DNA of 26,259 nt. Source: Paraphysomonas bandaiensis (taxonomy: Eukaryota > Protista > Chrysophyceae). The DNA lies in the NCBI GenBank assembly GCA_965644295.1, contig CBFFRP010000511.1:1-26259 (forward strand), written 5' to 3'. Positions 19,500-26,259 of the stretch are shown piece by piece; positions within the stretch are counted from its first letter, which is position 1, and every line of letters starts with the position of its first letter. Position numbers and translations under genes: made by a program. The notes beneath the pieces are model-generated. The model had not been told where the DNA came from and searched no databases. It saw only the letters and a program-made list of their open reading frames with translations.

Positions 19500-19790
19500 T
19501 TGTTGAAGGGTGTCATCTCCACAACTGGAAGAGAAAGCATACTGGAAAAGTATGGTGCTGTATTGTACACACAAATCGATGATATGGCACAGTTTCGGGA
19601 TATTCTTCGGTTAGACTTTGGTAGTACTGAAGATGCGTCCTCTTTTCGCTACTTCTGCAAAAGACCCTCCAACTACACCATTGTGGATATGGTCTTCCCT
19701 CTTGGTCGTACCCAGAGCCATATTTCCAACAGCGTTGACCGCGATATTATGGCCTCGACGTCTGAACTTCTGGACCGATTAGACGTCTGA
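19500..19790 (+). pseudogene. Possible decayed transposase (HARBI1/ISL2EU-like HTH segment)
   Basis: RYFCKRPSNYTIVDMVFPLGRTQSHISNSV loosely resembles the R-L-x-YP-x-R-x-x-DM-x-x-x-FGR-S-x-S-x-IS segment of Harbinger-type transposases. It lies inside the TIR element. Weak. Confidence 0.3.
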
Positions 19791-20446
19791 TCTTCATAAA
19801 CGCTTCATGTAGGAAGTACTACATGTGCATTCACATTCATGCGGTTGGAAGAGGCCTATTGCGGCAAGAGTTCAATTCGCTCCAACTTTATGGTTCCCGG
19901 AAAGCTTTGAATTCCAGTGACGCCAGGCTTCTCCAGACATTTGGACTGTTCTGTCGCTGGTTTCACACAGGAGCGCCAGGTGGCTGTGGAAGAGCAGCCG
20001 GGGATGAAACACATGGTATTATGTGGAGCCGTATGAGGGGGGTTCAGACTTCTGCCTTCTCATCAAGAGCACCACGGCATATTTCCATGAGAAGGGCTGG
20101 ATCACCCCCGCCCGCGAATACTAATATTTGTAGTAGTTTATATGTTTATATCATGTAAACGATGTGTGAACTGCACACCTTTACACCTGCCATATGTGAA
20201 CAACTACACACCACATTTTTCTCCTATAAGAGTACTCATTATAAATATCTCCTATACTCATTATTAATTTCTTTTAATACTTGAATCGTATTTCCACTAC
20301 TACTTACCAGGGTTGCGAAAAAAATAATTGGTGAGATGCAAACACTACCCAAGAATTCAATTATTGTCGTAGGTATTAATTGCCTTCTATTCTAGTGCTT
20401 GATTTTAACATAGCATTCACTACTTACTTCTGCTAGCTACCTTCGC

Positions 20447-20865
20447 CCTCAAAAAAGTCTGAATCGCACCTTTTATTCTGAGTTCTCCGGGAAACTAACG
20501 TGAGCCCCATATATAGTAAGCAGATATTGTTCTGCCCACTCATAGCAGAATGTTTGTGTGATACACGGGACAAAATAAGTGTCACTTCTCGTATAAATGT
20601 CTTTGGGCCTTGACTATTAAACAGGAATGGGCCCACCTCAAGAGTATCTGGGGTATTGGACTGCATACTGAAGCCATGCATCCGGGCTATTCACCTTAAG
20701 GACAGAGAGGGAAAGTGGCTGCACCATGGTGCTTGTGGTGACGCACAAGCAGCTTTCGTAGCGCCAAATAATAGGATATCTTAGTTAAGCACTAGTTAAT
20801 TATATTGCTTGGCTACATTAGTGCTGACTCTTACACGCCTACTGCTAATAATCAAACATTCACTA
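20447..20865 (+). mobile_element. Short retroposed insert (copy C) carrying the LINE 3' motif and terminus
   Basis: Motif at 20711-20757; terminus CGCCTACTGCTAATAATCAAACATTCA; flanking direct repeat CTAGCTAC(C/T)TTCGC (20433-20446, 20866-20879). Confidence 0.7.
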
Positions 20866-21781
20866 CTAGCTACTTTCGCAAGAACTATCTACTGAATTGA
20901 TCCGAAGTCACCAATCAGCATCGTCTGAACACTGGCCAGTGGATAGTCCCTTTCCAGCGCTTACAGTGCATTCCAACACGCGCTTCGTCGACCAATGTGT
21001 CAAATATAGTGATATATATTCTTTTACCATTACTAACATCACCATCACTATCTGAAATGTCGGAATTGCTGCCCATATGATTGCATAGGTGTCAACCTCT
21101 AGTATTGAGGTAGGTGCATTGCTTTGGATTAATAGGAACGTAATGATGATATCATACAAAATTCATACACAATTATGAGTGCACAGTATCTACAGAGCTA
21201 CATTCTACAAACATACAGGCTGTGTAGAGTCACGTGGTGTTTGTATTCCAGGTGATACACACAGTCATGTGTGCAGCATAGAGTCTTAAATATCGGGCTA
21301 CATTCAATGTTTTGAGGGAATTAGGTCTCGGATTCGAGTCCAGCACTATTGAATTAGTACAGAATGCTGTTTGTGTCCTCAGAGTCACATGGTGTGTTGA
21401 TGTATCGTGTAGAGTGTGTGAAGGACTGTCATCAGTGGAGTGAGGAGGGTCATGAAAACCGGCACTGATAGGATCCTAAAAAAAAAGATAACTGAAAAAC
21501 CCCTTAAGGGCACTCACTTTGGACATGAGGCCGTTCCTTAGGACATGTCAAAATCAAAAAAATGGTATTATTTTGACAGTGGGGTGCGTTTTGCCATTCC
21601 TTAGGACAGTCAAAAATCAAAATAATGGCAAAATATTATTTTGACACCCGGCTCGCATCAAAATAATGGTCACTATTTTGACGCCAGAGAAGGAATGTCA
21701 AAATAGTTGACCTCGCGTCAAAATAGTTGATAAGGCCATTATAACCACAATAAGTCATCTTTTAGACAGAAGTAACACACG

Positions 21782-22871
21782 ATGAGCACCAGTGTGATCA
21801 AAGTGAACACCCCAAGCGTGTTCACGCTTGTTTCGAACCTAATAACAGTTGAAGCGGCGCTGGAGACCGTGGCTGAGAAGGAAGGAAACCAATCCTTCTT
21901 GGATCTAAAGGAAGAAATGGAAAAGACTCAGAGGAGCGATGCAGAATGAGGACATCCCTTTATGGAATGCCCTTGCCCAAAAGAACTCCGGCATTAATAT
22001 CGATGAAATGCTTCTTCTGTTCAGACAGAAGAAGTATTTGGAGGCTGCCTCTGCAAAGCAAAACAAGAACAGAGTGATTCAAGATGATGATGAAGCGGTT
22101 GGTGATGAAGACTATGTAAATGAAGCGGTTGGTGATGTGAATGACGACGGGAATGTTGATGCTGCTTCAGTGGATCAAGATGATCGTGAAGATAAATCAC
22201 CTGATTCTACTGCTCTGACAGAGCCCAGTGCTTCAAACCTTATGACAAAACGAGAAATAGAGAAATGCCAATTGCTGAAGAACTTCCCACCTGATTACAT
22301 GCATCAAACATATCTGGCATTTATAAAACTAGGTCCGCCGGCTGCACCATTTGATTCACCAGTCCTTCGTGGCGAATTAAGCTGTGGACCGAAGAAAAAG
22401 TTGGGCACTCTGTCCTCTGATAGTTTAATGATTAAGGCTTGCGATCTATCGAAGCCCGCGGATCGAAGCACGCCATTAAGCAGAGCAGATGCACGAAATC
22501 AGCACAGAATGGAAGAAGAATTCGCCATCGAAAAGAAGAGAACTAAAAAATTCTTGGTTGCGCAACAGGAGAGTAACAAATTGGAATCCTACGTCATTGA
22601 CTTGGAATGCTATCGTCAGAAAATCGAAGACTTTGAGAAGAAAATTGCATTGCATGAGGCCTTAGGAGACAAAGACTCAGCAAATCGTATTCGTTAAGAA
22701 TTGTTGTCGTATTATGAAAACAACAGTATGCCATCCAAACCCACGCTTGTTGATCTCACTGCTGAAGATAATAGCGATGACGATGGTAACCCGCATCATC
22801 CAATGAAGAAGAAGCGTATTAACCCTTTCCAGACACCATCTCCTAAAGATGAAAGCCCGTCTAATGTATGA
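21782..22871 (+). pseudogene. Harbinger accessory (probably Myb/SANT-like) gene, disrupted
   Basis: ATG at 21782, frame break near 21908, then RKKWKRLRGAMQNEDIPLWN (resembles the last SANT helix). After an in-frame TAA at 22695-22697 the frame stays open to TGA 22869-22871. Confidence 0.6.
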
Positions 22872-23122
22872 TCTTTTCGTTGTGTGCTTTACAGTTATTG
22901 CTATTAAGCTAACACTACTTATTAAACAAGCACAACTGTCTTTTTATTTCTTGCATACATTTATTCTTCTGCTACTAGCATATTACAGTCTCCAGTCTGC
23001 AGCTAAGTTCATTTTACAGTCTCTACAGTAGTCTCTAGGTAAGATTGCATACTTTCTTAGCTACAGTATGTGAGCTCACAATGGGTGGGATCTTAAATTT
23101 TAATTACTTAACATATAGCAAG

Positions 23123-23760
23123 CTATAACCAAATCAATTCACGCTTCCTTCTGGCAACAGAATGATGAACAATAAGGTCACGACGTAGCTCATAGTGTGT
23201 AGTCTGCACTTCTTCTTCGATATGATCTGCAATAAAAGGACGCAACATAGTTCCTTCTGCGACAGGTGTATTACCATTTCTTGCGCGATTCATTGCTCTG
23301 GTTTCCATTACTCTGCGCTGAGTACCATCGTACAGGTCATCGTACTCGTCATCTGGGTTTGATTCATTCCAGTCATACGCCTCTTCCCACCTCTTATCAT
23401 ATCCATCATAACTCAGCAATATGTTATGCAGAATGCAACTTGTAAAGAAGACATTATCAATTTGGTCTTTGCTATGAAGTTCAATTGCATTGCACAAAAG
23501 ACGAAATCGCTTCTTCAAAATGCCGAATACATCTTCAACATCTTTACGCACAGACTCTAAATTGCAGCTCCAGCTTGCCGTCTTCTCGCAACTGGTATGT
23601 CTTACGGTTCCTGTTTTTAAATCTCCTCTCTCTCCGAAGTTTACTCTTGATCTTCTTCGTAGGATGAAACCACTCCAGCATAATCTTACTGCAGCGTCGT
23701 CTCCTCTTCATACGTTCGAAAGCATTGAACAAACGTGTCATGTTATTCCTGTCTCCCACT
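23123..23760 (-). pseudogene. Harbinger DDE transposase remnant (N-terminus fused out of frame to C-terminus)
   Basis: WSCNLESVRKDVEDVFGILKKRFRLL...FFTSCILHNILL...LRRDLIVH is the PIF/Harbinger C-terminal signature. The central catalytic region is missing, with the junction near 23575. Confidence 0.88.
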
Positions 23761-24165
23761 GCTCATAATAATGACACTATATATGTCACATTAAATGACA
23801 ACACTGCTTGATTTGAACATTTGAATTCAACCCAGGCTATACAGGTGTATACGTGGCCGTATATACTATTTTGATGCGAGATGTCCTAAGGAATGGCACA
23901 TCAAAAGTCAAAATCCACCGAAATCCACAAAAATATTGATTTCACATCAAAATAATTATTTTGATTTTGACATGTCCTAAGGAACGGCCTGAATAACTCG
24001 AGATCCAAATTATGAATCAAGCTGGTCAATTATAATGCATCTCACACAAAATCATTCCACATCTGATGACGTATTTGCTAACGTCATCGCCACTCTGTGA
24101 CTGAAACTGTGATTGACTGAAAACACCTAAAAAACCGGCATTAGTGGGGACCCTACTTCCTACTG

Positions 24166-24267
24166 CTGTTGGACACATCACCATGTCCATGTACCTGTAT
24201 ACCTGTACTGTTGGACACATCACCATGTCCATGTACCTGTATACCTGTACTGTTGGACACATCACCA
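24166..24267. repeat. 42-bp tandem repeat, about 2.4 copies
   Basis: CTGTTGGACACATCACCATGTCCATGTACCTGTATACCTGTA at 24166 and 24208, partial at 24250. Confidence 0.95.
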
Positions 24268-24936
24268 GCTCTCTCTCTCTGTCCAACACACTCATAACAC
24301 CACTGCAGTGTCATACACACACACAGTGCACTCTACCTCCTCCTAGAAAACCCCCAGACAAACTATCTCCTCTCCCTTCGTCTCTGATACCTTGCAATCA
24401 TCTTCCTTCCACACACTCTCTATGCCTCAGTCTGTACCCCCCTGCACCAACACAGACACTAACAAGGGCAGCTGAGGACGTCCGAGTGTCTCCTCCAGAC
24501 CATCATCATCATCACGATCATCTCGTGCATAGGTCTATCAGAGTACTCGACCTCAGTGACTCTTGTTCTGTTGCGCAGTCTCACTCTCCTCAATCAGATG
24601 TTGCCTCTCTTGCACCATCACACTCCCTCTCGACTCCCTGTAGCTGGACACACCGGATGACCCTCACATCCCACCCCTGTACAGCTATACACCCTCTTGC
24701 ATGTGTTCTCTACCGCTGGCTAAGACAGCAAAAGAGCCGATTTCGACGCTTCTTCACAGTAGGCCATAACCTTTTGCAAGACCTTCATCCATATACCTCC
24801 GAGCCACTTGGAACAATGCCTAAAGGAAGGCCACCAGATCGCCAATCTCAGAAGGGCATATTACTGTTTCCCCTAACTGCCATAAGGCTAATAAGTCAGT
24901 CCCCGTGAGGTACATAAGGCTATCTATCATATAGCG

Positions 24937-25215
24937 AGTGGAGTCTCATCCCAAGAGGAGACCTCCAGATCACACGCGCCGGTGAGTCCCAGGACACACG
25001 ATCATGGCGAGCCTCATAACACACACTAAGAACGGAAGTGGTTGCACCTTGGTGCTTGCGGCGACGCACAAGCAGCTTCTGTAGCGTTAAATAGTAGGCT
25101 AAAAGAGTTTGTATTGATTAGTTACGGGTAGTAGTCTAACTAGTATGACTAGCATTCTTCTAGCCACTAATTGGTGCAGGCTTTCAACGCCTATTGCTAA
25201 ATAATCAGACATTCA
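24937..25215 (+). mobile_element. Severely 5'-truncated LINE (copy D), same family as copy B
   Basis: Collinear with 11041-11319: HPKRRPPDHTRR-stop, motif 25034-25080 identical to copy B, terminus CGCCTATTGCTAAATAATCAGACATTCA. Confidence 0.88.
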
Positions 25216-25879
25216 ATATATGTATTTATGTATGTGAGAGTCCCCATAAAAAGTTTAGGTGTGAGTGTGATGTCATTGGAGATATTTTATCGAGGTAAAG
25301 GCTTTGTATAGATGTTGACTATATATATATGCCTCGTAATATACGTTCATTACAGACTTAATATATATTACTCCTATTTCAAGAACCATTGTGACAACTG
25401 TGTGTCTAAGGATTGTGGAGGGGTGTGGGCAGAAGCTGATATGTGTAGAATAAGTTCTCAAGGCAATGGAGAACAAACTATCTGCTCGTAGCGGTGATAA
25501 GGTATAAAAGTGCTGAGTAGCAACTGTATGAGTGCTGATGAAATTGTACCACAGGAGTTTCAGCTTGGTGTTTTGGAGACGAAACCTCCTCAGCTAGGTT
25601 GTAAAGCGCTTTCGTACTATGACAGAGGGACGTATGAGGTTGAGTTCGATGTCGACGGCGATATTCAACAATCTTGCGGCACCAGTTGCGATGTCGAGGT
25701 GGTATGGCACGGATGACCATCAACCGCCTTTCACTTATATAGAATATAGCAACCAGAGGATAAAATATAGAGTCCAGTAGTGGTAGTGGTATCAAAACCA
25801 CAAGGAGGAAAAGCAAGGAAACACTACAAAGGTATGTGTGATGCTTGTAACTACATACCTACCTCTGTGCATACCTACG

Positions 25880-25963
25880 TAGGTGAATAACCTAGTCATC
25901 TAGTAATTCATATTTTCAGTTTACAATGACTAGGTTGACTAGGTGTTTTAAGGTATTCACCTA
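25880..25963. repeat. Short imperfect palindrome with repeated CCTAGTCA motifs (possible MITE or transposon-end remnant)
   Basis: TAGGTGAATA...TATTCACCTA arms with internal ACCTAGTCA / TGACTAGGT copies. Confidence 0.55.
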
Positions 25964-26259
25964 GTCAAAAATAATAATTTCCACTCAAACATGGGAGCAT
26001 ATTCTAGCCATTAATTAATGCAAATGCAACTATTGTACACATGCAATGCATCACATCACAATATAAGTGACACTGATAACCCCCCAGACGGCAAGATTTC
26101 ATGATGTTTGGTTAAAAGGGAACTTGAAGAAATATATGGATATTCTGTTCAGAGATCGAAGAAGAGATTATTCCTGTATATGCTACTTGAGCGGTGGAGT
26201 TCTGTCTATGCTACTATGAAATATCTCTTTTCTATACTCTAACTGTGCTTTGACCTGAT

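Larger units (their letters stand above)
21529..23989. mobile_element. PIF/Harbinger DNA transposon, internally deleted
   Basis: Perfect 31-bp TIRs GGCCGTTCCTTAGGACATGTCAAAATCAAAA (21529-21559, 23959-23989), 3-bp TSD TGA, subterminal TIR-like copies (about 21594, 23881), many TCAAAATA motifs, and two convergent ORF remnants. Confidence 0.95.
18908..24162. mobile_element. Old TIR DNA transposon (about 5.25 kb including nested insertions), superfamily unresolved
   Basis: Inverted termini TAGGAAGTAGGGTCCC(A/C)ACTAATGCCG (18908-18934 vs 24136-24162, 1 mismatch in 27). Subterminal similarity between 18935-18972 and the reverse complement of 21455-21500. The terminal TA may be a TSD. Confidence 0.75.

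Noticed and set aside
20908-21159. Hydrophobic 83-aa minus-strand ORF inside the TIR element
   Set aside because: Non-ATG start in AT-rich decayed sequence; no family signal.
21325-21345. GATTCGAGTCC resembling a tRNA B-box
   Set aside because: No A-box or cloverleaf could be built around it.
24166-24267. Repeat array as a possible CRISPR
   Set aside because: Contiguous tandem units without unique spacers, eukaryotic context, no cas genes.
25064-25100. Pistol-ribozyme-like CG-UUAAAUAG following a short stem in LINE copy D (similar in B)
   Set aside because: The downstream pseudoknot partner, UAAGCG segment and G-U cleavage site are not present, and the octamer is absent from copy A.
25440-25835. 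Short ORFs 25510-25716 (+) and 25478-25816 (-)
   Set aside because: Coding-like composition, but stops interrupt it and no domain or consistent splice model could be supported.

Overview
Eukaryotic genomic DNA with very short GT-AG introns (46-59 nt); a protist, possibly a stramenopile, though that is only an impression. Two intact host genes are transcribed divergently: a 4-exon gene for an MRH-domain + EGF + TM sorting-receptor-like protein (minus, 11777-12829) and exportin-1/CRM1 (plus, 13397-16727, one intron). Nested transposons flank them. Left: a frameshifted APE-RT-RNaseH-CCHC LINE (1-4661), then a 5'-truncated related LINE (about 4740-11319) split by a young 5,293-bp Ty1/copia element (5708-11000, identical 293-bp LTRs, CGCTC TSD, non-canonical TG...TA ends). 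Right: two nested degenerate copia remnants and a ~5.25-kb TIR element containing a short retroposed insert and an internally deleted PIF/Harbinger element. A further LINE 3' fragment follows. The most interesting signals are a covarying ~45-nt three-way-junction RNA motif found four times in the 3' ends of divergent LINE-type elements, and a C-terminal PKGRPPD peptide conserved at protein level just upstream of three of the four copies.
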